In this document: piece by piece, positions 25,781-39,720 of the stretch
Layout of the letters: each line of letters starts with the position of its first letter
Numbering within the stretch: the first letter of the stretch is position 1
Assembly (NCBI GenBank): GCA_013239625.1
Contig: MU054117.1
Span: 1,424,011-1,488,010 of the forward strand
DNA from: Lama guanicoe
Taxonomy: Eukaryota
Length of the DNA stretch: 64,000 bases
Reading direction: 5' to 3'
Position numbers and translations under genes: made by a program
Notes under the pieces: generated by a model
Databases searched by the model: none
Seen by the model: only the letters and a program-made list of their open reading frames with translations
Told to the model about the DNA's origin: nothing

Positions 25781-28700
25781 ATCTAAAGCCACTAACTTTT
25801 AACAACGCTGGGAGGCACAGCCTCACGGTGGACGGATGTCTCTTTCTCACTCATGTAACTGCTCTACCCGTTTCCTCTCCCAGCTCCACTGCTCACACTG
25901 TAAGTCGAAGTTATGTGGATATGGGGTAACACACACAATTATGCCATCTCATGTTTTCCCATTCTTTCTTTTTTCCCCATTATTTCTTAAATGAAAAACT
26001 ACTTTTGACAAACATGTTTTAAGACCATGGGTGATTTTCCAAAAATGAAATTGAAAAAGGACCAGCGACAAGCAGAAGTGCACGTGCTTGTGTACTTCAG
26101 TACTTGCTGCAACTCAGTCCGACTCCGGAGAAAAACCAAGTACAGCTGCTGTAGGCGTGCGTCTGTGTAGGTGGCTACCCATCCCCGCAACACGCAGAGG
26201 GCCCCGCTGTCCCCCACACTGGCCACTAGACAGACGTGGCCGTTAAGTGTAATTAAAGTTAAATCAATGGGAAAACTGGGTTCTCCTGGTGCTCCAGCCA
26301 CGTTTCAGGAATTTAATAGAAACGTCTTGGCCAGAAGAAACAAAACCTCCCCGCCATCTCCACGTTGTGCTGGACAGGGGTGCTGCAAAGGCTACGGAGG
26401 CTTCAGGAATGACCAAGCGCCTGGGAAGAAAAATGCACCTTCACAGAATTTATGTCAAAAGTGAGAAAGGAACTTGTTTAGAATTCAAATCCTTCTAATG
26501 GAGAATGGTATTCAGAGACCACATGTGAGCAATAGGAGTGTACACTGCTACTGGGGAAAAAAAACATGTTTTCTAGGTATTTTTGGTCCGTAGGAAATAT
26601 GTGTGTATGTGTGTGTGTGAGCGTGTGCGCACACCTGTGTTCTTAAGGGGAAAAAAGTCATAAATATTCAAACAGATATTTCCAATTCTAATTTAAAGTT
26701 ATGAGGATCAGACACAATTTTTTTCATCCTAAACATGCGGTTATCTCCTTACTTCTAGGAATAAGGTCTAAGCATGATGTATATTACGTATGTATGTAAA
26801 ATGTGTATTTATTATGTAAATGTAAAATATGATGTAAAATGTATATTTTGTTTTAAACGGTGCTGAAAAGGTTTTTTTTTTCTTTCCCTTTTTCCTTCCT
26901 ACAGGAAACCAAAGAACACATGACTCTGTAAAGGGGAAAACAGCCCGAGGACACCTTTCTGGTCATTCACTACAGCTTTCCAAACGATCTCTGTGAGGAA
27001 ACCCTAGAAGGAAACTGGAAGGTAGTGGACAGACTCAGATCCCGCACTGACCTAAGACACACTCTCAGGGAGTGAGTAACCCAGTGACAAAAACAGTGCC
27101 CATGTGACCAACCTGACAGCCGGCTGCGGCATCCTCGGGTGACGCTACAAATTCTAGGCGAGGCAACGGAGGGGGCAAGGACTTCCTCAGGTCACAAGGA
27201 TTAAACTTGCTGTGTGCACAGGGGAATTTTCAATGCTCAGCATGTCATCACTGGCTCAGCACGACCAGGCAGGGCCTGGAGATACTGAGTTTCTCTGGGG
27301 CCTCAGGCTGGTGGCCAGCCCTCCCCCGGGAGTTGCCGGGGGCAGAGGCAGTGACAACAGCAGCGTCAGCGTGGCTACAGCTTGCTACTACTACGAGCGA
27401 GCGCCACACCCGCGGCCCCTCTCCGAGGACGCCGGCACCCCGCAGCGCTGCCCTCAGCACCTCCTCCACAGCTCAGGGGCGGGCACAGCAGACGCGCCGG
27501 AGACCACGAGTCCCAAGCGAGGGAACCGCAATTCCACCGAGGCGTCTCACTTGAGAAGGCGCTGCTTAGCTGCCGCGCAAGCAGCTGCTATGTGACAGGT
27601 CCCGGGGTGGCTCTCGGAACTGGAGCATCAGAGTATAAATCCTCTGCCCCTAACCTGTCGCCTCTGCCCTGACTGGACTTGACTGTCCCAGCACTGACCA
27701 CGCCGAACCTGAGCTCTTAGGACAAGAGCGTTTTCTCAGAAGAGATGAAAAGGCTGCTTGGAGGGCAGAAGCCACGAGCTCTGAATTTGGACGGTTTCAG
27801 GCGGAGCTGTCAAGGAGGTACTGGAGTCAAGACACGAAGCAGACAGTCTGGACCTCAGGAGGGAGAACTGGGCTGGAAACACTGACCTGACGTGGGACTT
27901 CCTCCCACCGCTCCTGACAGAGCTAACGGCCTTCAGCACAATTTCCTGACTGTCACCCTCGAACGAGACCTTGAACAGGACGGGTCATTCAGACCTTCTC
28001 ACCTCACAACATGGAACCACAGTTGACCTGCCAGAAGCCAGAAGATCATTTCTGTTTTCTCTTTCACCGTTACTCACACATCCAATTCATCCAATCTTTT
28101 AAGCTCCATTTCTAAAAGGCACGCTAAATCCACCACCTTTCCCCATTTCCACCAGGATGTGATCTGCTCAGCCTGATCTGCCCGGCCTCTCCTGGACCGG
28201 GGTCTTCTACGTGATTGTGTTTGCATACCTATTACAGAGTTTATATAGCTAAGATTTTAGCTTGATATCTAATTTTTTTAAATCATAAGTTAAAGAATTG
28301 CAAAGAATATAATGTTATTTTTTAAATTGTTTTTTAAAAATAAAGCACCACTCCTTTTTAAAATAGAAAATATCCAACGAAATATAAATGTCATTGTGAC
28401 TTGACATCCACTCCAATCTATTTAGGAACCGTAAGGACAAACTGTGCTTCAGTGATTAAAAGTTTCACATTTTACTTTTGCTCTTTGACCTTGTATTTCT
28501 GTGCTACCTCTCCTTAAAGTCTTACACTCACAAAATTTATTTTGTGCTAGATTTTTTGTATAGAACCTCTCTCATACTTTTCTGCAACAAAAATATGTAT
28601 AAAAATCTAAATTTGGTATTCACAAAATTTCCTGTGGCCATAACTCTGTTAAGAAATTCTTTCGGATTGCGTAATCATTACAGTTAACTAGTAACACATG

Positions 28701-29439
28701 ACCAATCAAAACTAAGATGAAGATCAGGTATTTTGAGAGAGTAGCTATTAAACATGAAGAGTGTGAAACCTCATCAACAATATGTCTTGTCCTTAAACAT
28801 CTTTATCTTAATGAGATCAGTGGAACTTTCACGTTTGTTAGTTGAGATGTCTCTGGCTGAACATTACTGATCGCTGGGGAGACCCAGGATTCTGTATCAG
28901 GTCTAGAATGGGTTTCATTCCCACAGGCGTAAGCAGTAGCACGTTTTCATGAGAATAAACAGGAATGGGAGTTCGGCTAGGGCAGTGCTACTCGGCGTCC
29001 TGCGGCCTTGGGACCTACGTGCCCCAAGCTGCATAGCGGCCTGTCATCAAAAATCACTCCCAGTATCCACTGGCTGCCCTTCGATTCTGCTGAAAACAGA
29101 GAACTGCAAACTGTCTGGCTCTTGTCGCCCACTGTCTCTACACTAGCCCTTGGAATTACCCCTTGGTTGTGGTTTAAGAGGTTTCCCTCCCCAGGGGAAT
29201 GCAGAACAGTGAGACCGAGGGGAGGGAGGCACCCATCGCAGGGTGAGGGGCGCATGACTGCACAAGGGGAAGTGAAAAAAGAGAATGTGCACATCTTAGA
29301 TGCCTTCCCAGGCGGAGCAATTTGAGGAAAAAGCACGCTCAGCCGCAGAGAAGCTGTGCCCACGGACCCTTGGGGGAAACGTTCGTGCATTTCCAGGCGG
29401 ATGGGTACCTCGCTTTGAAGACCCGTGGCCTAGGCGACT

Positions 29440-30650
29440 CTAATCCCCCATCTGACCTCCCTGCTTCCACTCTCAGCTCTGCTGAATCCACGCCCCTGCA
29501 GCCAGAATGGTCCTTTTATTTTTTTTTAAATTGAAGTATAGTCAGTTCACAATGCTGTGTCAGTTTCTGGCGTACAGCATCATGTTTCAGTCATACATGT
29601 GTTCCTTTCCACACAGAATGGTCTTTTAAAAACACAAACCCGAGGACGTCATGCCCTGCTCAGACCTCTGCCATGGCTTCCAATGCTCTCAGGAACACAC
29701 ACCTGTTGGCACCGCTGCCACACTTTCGCCACCGTGCGGTGCCCCTGGGGGTCGTCCTTGTGCACATCAGCTGGCCCCTCCTCCTGCCGCCGCCCCCTCC
29801 CCACGCTTCCTGCACAGGCTTCCCGCCCTCAGGCCCCAGGCTGAACCCACTCTGCACACTCAATCAAAAATAGGTCCTAACCTCTCCAACCCCACCGAAT
29901 TACTGTCTATTCCGGAAATCCTGTTCTTATCCTTTACAGCACTTGGTGATGACTTGTAATTAAGTGCCAATTGTCAGGTTGGTGTCTGTGTCCCTCTGCG
30001 GACTGTAAGCTCTCTTGGGAGGGGAGACCACTGCAGCTTTGGCACCGCAGAGCCACCGGACATGCAATAAGGATCTGCCGAATGAACGAAAGAGCAAGCA
30101 GTCTCACAAATCAGTATCGTTCTCTGCTTAAAAAGCTTCCATGGTTCTGCACTGCCTCGACTATAAAATCAAAGCTGCAGAGTCCACGACTAAATGTGCT
30201 TCTGTACCACCGCATGCACTGCCCTCCTCCTCCCGCAGGTCTGGCCATTCGTATCAACCCCGAACCGCAGCTACTAAGCACTCCCTGAGGTTCCCCAGAT
30301 GCCACCAGCTCGCACCTACGCTGGCCCGCCCACACGGAGAACACTGACTGTCACCCCCCTGTGCCTCACTCTTTCTCTAAGACTGGCTCATGCATAAGCC
30401 GTCTCCTCCAGGAAGCCTTCCAGGATGCCTCTAATATGTATTACTCAGCTGCTCTTCCTCTCCTATTCTAAGGCTCTCTTCTCAGACCACTGCTGCTGGG
30501 ACTCACCAAACTGAACCAGAATTATACGTCAGTCCTCAGTCTTGCCCAGTGAACGTGAACCCCCGCAGGCGGAGGCTGTATCTACCACTGTTTTACTTCC
30601 GGTGCTTAGTACAGCATCTGGAAAACTACATGGGATTCAACAAATGTTTA
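29440..30650 (+). mobile_element. L2 fragments (two 3' ends)
   Basis: gactgtaagctctcttgggaggg...gaatgaacgaa at about 30000-30090 and cttagtacagcatctgg...ttcaacaaatgtt at about 30605-30650. Confidence 0.55.
29516..29613 (-). mobile_element. About 100-bp 5'-truncated young L1 3' end with TSD, inside an L2
   Basis: ttttttttaaattgaagtatagtcagttcacaatgctgtgtcagtttctggcgtacagcat, flanked by cagaatggtc at 29503-29512 and 29614-29623. Confidence 0.8.
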
Positions 30651-31556
30651 GAGAAAAGGTAGCGCACGTAAAGTATTTTCTGAGCATTACTGCCACTTAA
30701 TGAAAAATGAGGAAAATGTAATTTATTATAAAATCTCAGATGAGTACAGGATGCTGTTCATGAGACCAAACCAGCAGCTGTCCACCTTGCGAACAGGTGA
30801 AAGTCAGAAGGCCGCGGGAAGGACGGGTGGCACAGCCATGCTCCGTTACCGCACAGCGCGTCCACGGGCCACCCCGTCACCCGCGCTGCCACGGTGGCGG
30901 GCACCACGGAGGTAACTGCCGCGTGACCGGCTGGGCCAGAGCAGCTAATGAATCCGCACGAGTAAAGACAGGCAGCACACGTGGCAGTGGCCACCGTGCA
31001 GCCTGGACTCGCTCTCGGCGTCCAGCCCCACTTCCTGTGCGACCGCAGCTGACACAGCAGCCCGGCTGAGACGGGGACAGGTGGGGACATGCCGCCTCCG
31101 GAGGAGCACTCAGGCAGGACAAGCAAGCGGGCCCAGTGCCAGGGGGCGGGCGCTGCCCACACGCACCGCACGTTCCGCAAAAAGAGGCCGCGTCAAGTTC
31201 AGATGACTGCGCTGCCCAAGGTCAGGTCAAAGAACCAAAACCACTGGCGAGGCGGTGCGCCGCGGGGGAGGAAGGGGATGGGGAGCCCTGCGGCGGGGCC
31301 GCCGTGAAATCGAGGGGAACACCAGGCTGCCCAAGGCGTCCTGCAGGCTGGAAATGCACCTTAATCAAGTGTCATTTTGTTGTTGTTGTTCAAATGATTT
31401 TAATCACTGGAGTGTACAATTTTTAATATGCAAATAAAAAGTTTTAAAACTGGAATCAAAAAAAGAATTAAAAAGATGTAAATGCTCACTCATCTATAAC
31501 CATCTTGCAAATCACTGGTAAAATGTTTTGGTCTTCTAGGTCAAGGATTTACACCT

Positions 31557-31690
31557 GGGGGAGAACACAGCTCAGTGTTAGAGTGTGTGCTTAGTATGCC
31601 TGAGGTCCTGGGTTCAATCCCCAGTACTTCCATTAAAATAAATAAATAAACGTAATTACCTCCCCCTACAAGATAAAGCCAAAAAAAAAA
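31557..31690 (+). mobile_element. tRNA-Ala-derived SINE (Vic-1-like)
   Basis: ggggagaacacagctcagtgttagagtgtgtgcttagtatgcctgaggtcctgggttcaatccccagtacttcca, then a (taaa)n spacer, taattacctcccc and an A-tail. Confidence 0.9.
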
Positions 31691-32589
31691 GAGCTTTGAA
31701 AATAAAACTCAGAACTCATGTGCAAATGTTAGTCTGAGAGGATGTATCTTTCTCATTGCTCAAAACACTAAAAAATACACTGTAGGAAGAAGTAACAATC
31801 CAGTTTACCGAGCCACAAGAAAAAGTCTTAGTACTTTAGAGCAATTTTAAAAACATTTAGTTAGCAATCTATTTGCAAATAGCTCCTTCAAAAATTAAAT
31901 TTACTCTCAAATAATACCAGTAAAGATATTTAAAACATTCTTTTCACGTGCAACCCCCTCCCCAAAACCCAATGTATTAGGTGGCAGGTATGAGGGACAC
32001 GGAGAATGAAGGGGAAGCTGTAAGAACACAGGAAGAGCATCAAAAATTTCCTCTGAGAGTTCTTCCTGCTCAAACTGCAGAAGGCTCTGCATTTGATTTT
32101 AATAAGACAGCGGTTCCCACACAACTGCATGTTGCTCCATGAGAAACTCAGGGACGCAGACACCCTCCTCCAACCAGACAGAGGCCCTTCTTCTCAGAGG
32201 CTAAATTTAGGGAAGAGACAGATAAATCTGGGGCCGAGGAAGAGAAAGAGGATAGTGTCCCTTGCCAAAAAAAGCCTCCCTCATTTAAGATATTCCAAAC
32301 GAGTATTTGTAGGTTGCCTTGGTTCAGACAATTAATATGTACAAGGAAAATTAACAGTGGGGTTAAAAAGCTTGGAAAAGATAAAAAAGAAAAGAAAAGA
32401 ACAGCAGACGAGAGCTGGAGAGGACACGGCCTCAGAAGCACAAACACTAGAGCAGCGTCTCATGCCTTCCGCCACTGAAAGCCCCAAGCGCTGGCTCGTG
32501 CAGGGTCTCACTCAGCAGCCCCAGACAGGCCGTGAGGGGCGGAGCGGTGGGAGAAGGGTAAGCAGGGAAGAGGAAGAAAAAGGCATGCA

Positions 32590-33300
32590 ATTAAAAGGGA
32601 ATTATTTACAGCCACTTGAGAAGATATTTTCAGTTTCTTATAAAGCTCAATACAGTCTTACGCACAATCTAGCAATCATATTTCCAGACGTTCACCTAGA
32701 CGAGCTGTAGATTCATGTCTATGCAAAAACCTGCACATGAATGTTTATAGCAGCTTTATTCATAATTACCAAAAAACTGGAAGCAATCAAGGTGTTCTTC
32801 CATAAGTGAATAAACACCGTGTGGGCACACCCACGCAGAGGAACGCTATTCAGAGACAAAACAAAACAAGCTCTCAGGCCACAAAGAGACACGAGATAAG
32901 CTTACATGCAGAGGGCTAAAGGGAAGAAGCCAGTCTGAAAAGGTGGCAGGACAAAGGCCAGGAACCAGGAGACGGGGCGGGAGGGCGAGGCGGAGCATCG
33001 AGAACTTGCAGGGACTGAAACTACTCGGTGTGACACAGCAGTGGTGGATGCGTGCCATCCTACAGCTAGTAAAACCCATGAAGTGTTCAACACAAAGAGT
33101 AAACCAAAAAGTGAACTACAGACCAGGCAGCAGCGCGTCAGTGCTGGCTCATGACCCATAACAACCGTCTCTCTCGTATCTGTCACACCAGCACAAGATG
33201 CTAACAGGGGAACCGAGGTGAAGGAAGGCGTACGCGGACACTCTGTGCTTGCTGCTCAAGTTTCCTGTAAACCTAAAAACTGATCTAAAACAAAGTCTAG
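32590..33300 (+). mobile_element. L1MB/L1MC-type 3' end
   Basis: aaaaacctgcacatgaatgtttatagcagctttattcataattaccaaaaaactggaagcaa...gctcaagtttcctgtaaacctaaaaactgatctaaaa. Confidence 0.85.
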
Positions 33301-33440
33301 AGGGGAGGGCATAGCTCAGTGGTAGAGCATGTGCTTAGCTTGCACAAGGTCTGGGTTCAACCCCCAGCACCCCCACTGAAACACATACATACATACCTAT
33401 GTACGCTCCCAAAACAAATAAAGTAAAACAATTTTTAAAT
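33301..33440 (+). mobile_element. tRNA-Ala-derived SINE (Vic-1-like) inserted into the L1 tail
   Basis: ggggagggcatagctcagtggtagagcatgtgcttagcttgcacaaggtctgggttcaacccccagcacc. Imperfect TSD taaaacaaagtcta (33286-33299) / taaaacaaaaccta (33440-33453). Confidence 0.9.
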
Positions 33441-34893
33441 AAAACAAAACCTATTAATTATCAGTTAATCAATCTCTCAGCCCCAGAAAGCAAATTATAA
33501 CCAGTTCACACAACAACAGCTTAAAAAAGAACACGTAACAGCAGCCTATGTACCGTGACATGATTTATCATTGACGGCCAAAATGTCCACATGATCTCTG
33601 AATGTAAGGCTTGTCATTAGATAATGATCCCAAAGCAGAAAAGAAAACTTTACAGAAAGAAAAAATGGGGAACATTTTGAAAATAAAGGAAAGGATGCAA
33701 AAAAGGTAAAATCAAGATAAAAGAAAATCTCTCCTGATCCTGCAACGGCAGCTGAAGCCACCCCTTCCCTGACAGGCCCCACCTCCCGAGCTCTGCTTAC
33801 TGTACGTTAATAAACACTCAAGCAGAAAGTGGACCACGGTGTTCATCTAAGAACGGGGCGCTGAAAGACACGCATTCTGGAATGATCAGTTTCCCTTTGG
33901 CCGTGCTAATAAACGTCAGTTTGTCTTTCTTCTACACCTGACGCTGAAGAACCCACCCTGGTACCTAGTCACCAAGGGCTCCCGGGTGGTGCACACCACG
34001 GCACGTCTGCTCTGGAAGGTACCCGTCTTCCTTGCTCTGGACCTACCCTAGCTCACAGGCGCTCTGGCGGTCTGATCAAAGGGCTCCCCAGAGATCCCTG
34101 GTACCCTCTCCCTGAACACTTTTTATCTCTTTAGCACTTATATTTCTCCAACAAAAAGATGGAAACACCACAGAAGAAATGAACTGACATGGCGTGGATC
34201 TGTGTGTGAGGTAGACTCAGAACCTCAAAGCACAGTCTCATGATGGGAGCGAGATTAGAGCCCTCACTGGTGAAAACTATTTCTTCATTCACTTCTCCCA
34301 TCTTTAGTCACTCTTACTAAAAAGTTAAAAGCAAGGGTATGAGGATCTAAAAAGATGCATAAAAACGTATAAAACAAACAGCGACAGCAGGATTCTTTAA
34401 CAAGTCACCTCCAGGCAGAGACACGCTGATCTGGGACTCCCAGGCCACGACGTCTGGCCCTTCACGCCTGCTGTCACCCTTACCTCGTCACAGCTTTAAG
34501 TGCTCTGGTGAACGAGACGGGGCATCACGTGCAGAAGCTCTGCGCTACTCAGGCTCACATGCCTGACTCGGAACGTCCGCTCTCCCGTTCGCGGTGCAGG
34601 CAGGGCTGCGCCTGGTCCTGCCGCGCACAGGCCGGTTCCAGCGCGTCTCCTCGGCCGGCCCGGCTCGCGCCCCGGCCCCAGTCGGCCCAGGGCGCTCAGC
34701 GCAGAGATGCTGCACTGCCTCAGTCGGCTCCCACACAACCACATTTCAGCGCTCATTTAAGCCTGGATACTTACATCAGTGGTTTTGAAACTCCACAAGC
34801 ACACGGTACGGACAGTTTCCCTAAACTATACTGGTTGGGTTTTACCTTCTGTTTAACCAGCAGCACTGCCAGTAACTGAACAGAATCGCAGAC

Positions 34894-35025
34894 CTGTCTC
34901 TCAGCACTGGTCCTGGCTGACTCCTCCTGGGCGAGCACCATCTCTCGCTCCGCAGTGATCTGCACACTTTCTCTTAGTGCTTCTTCCAGCTCTTCAATCC
35001 TGTCATCCTTCTTACGGAGACTGTC
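34894..35025 (-). CDS. ERC1: ERC1 internal coding exon (132 nt, phase 0 to 0, probable cassette): DSLRKKDDRIEELEEALRESVQITAEREMVLAQEESARTSAERQ
   Basis: Acceptor cgtcttccgtcgttttccag|GAC and donor CAG|gtctgc. Exactly 44 codons. The peptide links SQQLQ to VEELLM as in long ERC1 isoforms. Confidence 0.95.
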
Positions 35026-38000
35026 CTGGAAAACGACGGAAGACGAGGTGAAGCAGATGAATTTCTTAACCTAAGGGGAGCCTATTTGTCAAGAAAGGGC
35101 TGTTTGCTTATTAAAGGCTCTTCCCTTCAGAAGTAAATCTAAGCCCCAAAGACTGGAACACAGAGGAAAGAATAAAACAAGGGAAGAGAGAAGTAAAGGG
35201 GGGTGAAGAAGCAAGCTGTTAAGAGCAGGGGGCCACGTTAGTCAGGCAGCAGAGCCCGCAACGGCTTTTCTCCACAACAGAGGGAATAACGCTGTCTGTG
35301 CGAGGCAGACAGGTCGCAAAGGCTTGATTACTTAAAAACTCAAAGCTGTTTGTGAACCACTCTCCAAACTGGGCTTCCAGCCGGCTCTGAGGAGACCTAA
35401 GTCACAAGACTCAATGCCAAGGCTTTCTCTCCCACAAGGTCGAGCCCAGATGGGAAAGTTAAGTAAGCAGCATCATCGCTCAGATTATATTCTCCAGGTA
35501 GACAACTGCTGGCAAACTAAGTCAAAAAAGGAAATAAAAGAGAGGGAGATTTTTCCAAATCAATTCAAGAGAGCAAGGTTTTCTCTTAATCTCATACAAG
35601 AAAACTAAAAGTGACAACTGGATACAAGTGACCAGTCTGGCTAAGGACGAACAGTTTGGTTAGCCAACCGAAACGCACCAGCCCTGACATTCCATGCAAG
35701 TTGAAGAAGCAAGTTTTGGGGACGTAAATGTGGGTTCCTATCAGAAAGACAAATACAGTCCTGCAGGACTTTAAGGTCATGGACAACAGGAGACTGTAAA
35801 ATAAGAAGAAATCAAACAGTGTTCAAGTAGGATAAAGAACTGGATTCACCACATTCTAAGCATTCCCTCTTTAAATTCTTGTAGGACCAGAAGACTAAGA
35901 ATAAAGTGCTGCCTTTCATTAATCCATAAAACAAAGAATAAGATTTGTTCATCCATTCTCCAGCTTTCTGAATACTCATACCAGCAAAAGATACCAAAGG
36001 ATTTTTGTCTTTGATCCAGGCAACCCTTAGCTGATCGTAGTGTAGCTCACATTTTATACGTGCAAAGTGCAAGAAAGTCCTTTTTGACAACTTTGTCTTC
36101 AGAAACCTAGAACCTGAAATCTGTCAAAGGTAAGTCAGATTTTCCTCCCAACCGTGAGGGAACGGCACCTATCACTTAACATCCTTCCTAATAAAAAGCT
36201 GGCATATCTGTTGCTCTCATTTTCCTCTATTAAAAAAAAAAAGAGATTTAGACATGAGTATTCACATTTCCAGGATGTATGTTACATTCTTTTTTTTTTA
36301 AGGTTTCATTCTTCTCAGAGATAACATTGTAAAATACTCTGACTTAGTCCCGTAAGTGAGGTTCTGTTTCACGCAGGGCAGTCTGGCTGCACCAAAGAAC
36401 GCTCTCTGATGAAATGCAAACCCTCCCGTCCGCGCGCCGCACAGGGCGGGCTGCTGCAGCGCCGCCAAGCTGGGAGAGGCACGCGGTGACGCCAGTGACG
36501 ACAAAGCCCCGCGTGGTTCCTCTTGACTCAAAAGATGAAATGTAACAGAAGGATTCAGCGGAAAGGAAGGGTGCATCGATCAGTTTCGTGCTCTCTGGAG
36601 TATCTACACCTGTAGTAACAGGGACTCGAATCACACTCCGCTGTGAGCCGAAAGAAACAGGAACGCTTCCCGTGACCAAGCTGCCATGAATACTCGGTAG
36701 CGTGTTTGTGTCCAGCCCCCTACATCCTTCACTCTTACACTGTCTTTTGGAGACCTCCTGAAAGCCATCTGCCATCCTAACCTAAACTGAGGCTGAAAAA
36801 GTTACTCCAAATAACTTCCCGAGAACCAATTTCAAGCAAACAGATTTTAAGGAAAATCTGAGAATCAGAGTCCAGTTGGTCTCCACTGAGGAAAGCCCTC
36901 TTTTAACTCCTGATCCCTCATGAATTTTCACTAGAATTGATTCTACTCTTTTGTCAGAAACAAGAGTCCAAGTTAAAACTACAAATAGAGGACTTATATG
37001 TACTGTTTGAAGTGAATCAATTTTCTACCGCTGAGAACTTGGAAGAAAAATATTGAACTGGCGGCCGGGGGTGGTGGGGAGACTACGTAGGGAAGGAGAC
37101 TTCCGTTTCATGCACCTGCTCTAACCTGGACTTCTCAGTCGGCTGAGCCGACTCAGGCAACTCAGAATTGAGACACGTACTGGGTGCCACAGACAGCTCT
37201 CTTAGACAGCTACCCAGAGACAGCAAAGGAACATGTTTCACATTCCCAAGGGCTCCTGTCACTTAAAATGAAAGCAGTCTCTTTAGAATTTTTCTTCAAC
37301 TGCTATAAATCACGTTTGCACTCATCAAAACTAACACAGCCCAGTTTTCTCACCACTGGATTAGGTACTGGAGCCCACCTGTTACACCAACTCTGCTTAT
37401 TAACCGAGGTCAAGTGAGACCACTTCATTCACAGAGCACAGGGTCCAAAGCAGGAGTCCGTGTGTTAGCTTCGGGGACACAGTGGAGGGGAAAGGGAGGC
37501 AACAGGCGGCTAGCAAAGAGTTCCTCGTACCCTTAAGTCAGAAGACTCTACATTCCAAGGAGATGAGGGCAAAAGCTGTGACAGCTGTGACTTCACCCAG
37601 GCACTGGACCCTCAGGACAGCCCACGACACCCCCCCAGTACACACCCCTGAACTTTGCCTCCCGCCCTCAGCTCCGCCGGCACCAGCGATAACCGCTGCG
37701 TGTGACACTCCAGTCCCCACCGCCCTCCTTTCAAATCCAACGTTCAACACGGAAAAGGGAAAGAAAAGAAAAACAGCAATTAAAAATTAATTTCTTGTTC
37801 TCTTCAGACGTCTGCCTCAAAATTAAAAGAAAAAGAAAAAGAAAAAGAAAAGAAATCACTTGGCAAGGACAGAAGGACACGTGTCGGTCAGCGTCTCCCT
37901 TCCCGCGGCAGCAGGGAGGTGGCTGCAGGTTCCCTGCAGATTCTCCCAGGTAACAGCCTCCCAGGTCCCCTGTCCCTCCCGCCTGGGCCCTGCCACGCTG

Positions 38001-39600
38001 TGGGCATCATGCACTTGGGTTAACATCAAGAGCCACTTCCTCTGCAGTAAACACCACTTACCGGAGACTAAGACGCTCTGAGAGTTACGACCGTGAACCA
38101 CTACCCGTTATCCTTAATGTGAAGAGACGATGCTTCTTCAGCCCCTCCACCCCTGCCTCCTCTTCCTCCCTCTCCCCGTCCCCCAAGCATAAACACACAC
38201 ACAGAGGGTTTCATTAAAATCATTCAACATGTCAGAATTCAATTACCAACCGCTCAGATGCTTAGTAGGGGAAAAAATTGAAGCCAGATGCATTGATGGA
38301 GACAATTTTAAGAAAGCTGGTCTAACACAGAGATAGAATTCTGTTATACACCAACTACTTTTTATTTTAAGGAAATGCTTTGGGTTAAAATTGAGAGATA
38401 CTTTCTTCCCCCTTCACTTTAAAGTCCCTCAAATATCTCCCATCAAAACGAACTCTGTTGTAACCTCAGTTGTTACCAAGTCAAAAACAAAGGCAGGTGC
38501 ATTTCATTGCAGAAATGGAAACACATACATACAAAGTGATGCTTTATGTAAATAACTCTCACAGAGCATCTAGCACACATGTCCCATACAGACCAGCCAG
38601 GTTCTCATCCGGGAAAATTCTGGGAGCTGTGTGACAGAAGCTTAGGCAGGGACACAGGGTTTACTTAATCGCGGGCTCTGTCTCCTCTGATCAGTAACGT
38701 TTATAAAGAGAACAAGCACACATTTTCAAACTCTTTACCAAAAATCCTAAAGGCAATCTTCTACTTAATATAACAAACAACTGAAGTGGTCAGAAGAGGG
38801 TGTCTCCTGTCTCTGAGGTCTCGGCAAAGGGGCGACACACACACCTGCTTCTGCTCTCTCTTAAAAATAAAAGGAATCTCACTAGAGACTTCACTTTCCA
38901 AATATGAAGGAGCGGTTTCCACAATAACACAAAGGAAAGGACTCAACCCTTCATCGCACTGAGGTGAGGACGCAGTACATGTAAGAGTTCTAGTACCAGA
39001 TGTCAGTTCAGCCTCTCGTCGTTTCACGGGCCGCGTGCCTGGGATCAGCTCACATGCTGTGGCTGTAAGTTCCCACGGAACGAGGGCTCAGCTGAACCGC
39101 AGGGAACAGCCTCGCAGGCGGCACCGTCACACTACCCACGACACTCCGTCAGCAGCCTTCACTGACTATCAGTGGAACTGAATTTGGGTCAGAGGGGAAA
39201 GCATCTAGACAGTACCTTTCAAACACAGCAGAATTTCTTAAAATAATTTTAAGACTTGTTTGGTTTTTTTACTAAGTGGTAAAAAGTGGCACAGCTTGAG
39301 CAAAAAGCTTTAAAAAGCTGCACCCACGCCAACAACTTGAGCAGGGGCTTCACCTGCAAGAAAACACAGCTTTCAAGCTACCTTCAGCAACTATCCACAG
39401 ACTTGCAAAAACAGGTGCTGGCTTGTATGCACACTTTTCCAGCGTAATCCCTAGTTCCATTTAATATAAAAACCCACCTGTGCTCATACTCTAGATAGAA
39501 AAAGCCCTAAGAAAAAAGTTAACTAAAAAGAGAGAAATGATATAAAATTAATTTTAAATAGGTCACAGAGAAGGTTCTGTTAAGAAGAAACCAAAATTTG

Positions 39601-39720
39601 AGGGGAGGGTACAGCTCGGTGGACCACGTGTCAAGCATGCATGAGGTCTGGGTTCAATCCCCAGTCCCTCCATTAAAATAAATAAACCTAATTACCTACC
39701 CCCCTCCAAAAAAAAGATAG
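39601..39720 (+). mobile_element. tRNA-Ala-derived SINE (Vic-1-like)
   Basis: ggggagggtacagctcggtgg...aagcatgcatgaggtctgggttcaatccccagtccctcca. TSD gaagaa(a/g)ccaaaattt on both sides. Confidence 0.88.

Noticed and set aside
33301..33376. tRNA-Ala genes (also at 23890-23960, 31557, 39601, 57068)
   Set aside because: The stems are mutated, and the copies share a non-tRNA tail, A-rich ends and TSDs. They are SINEs.
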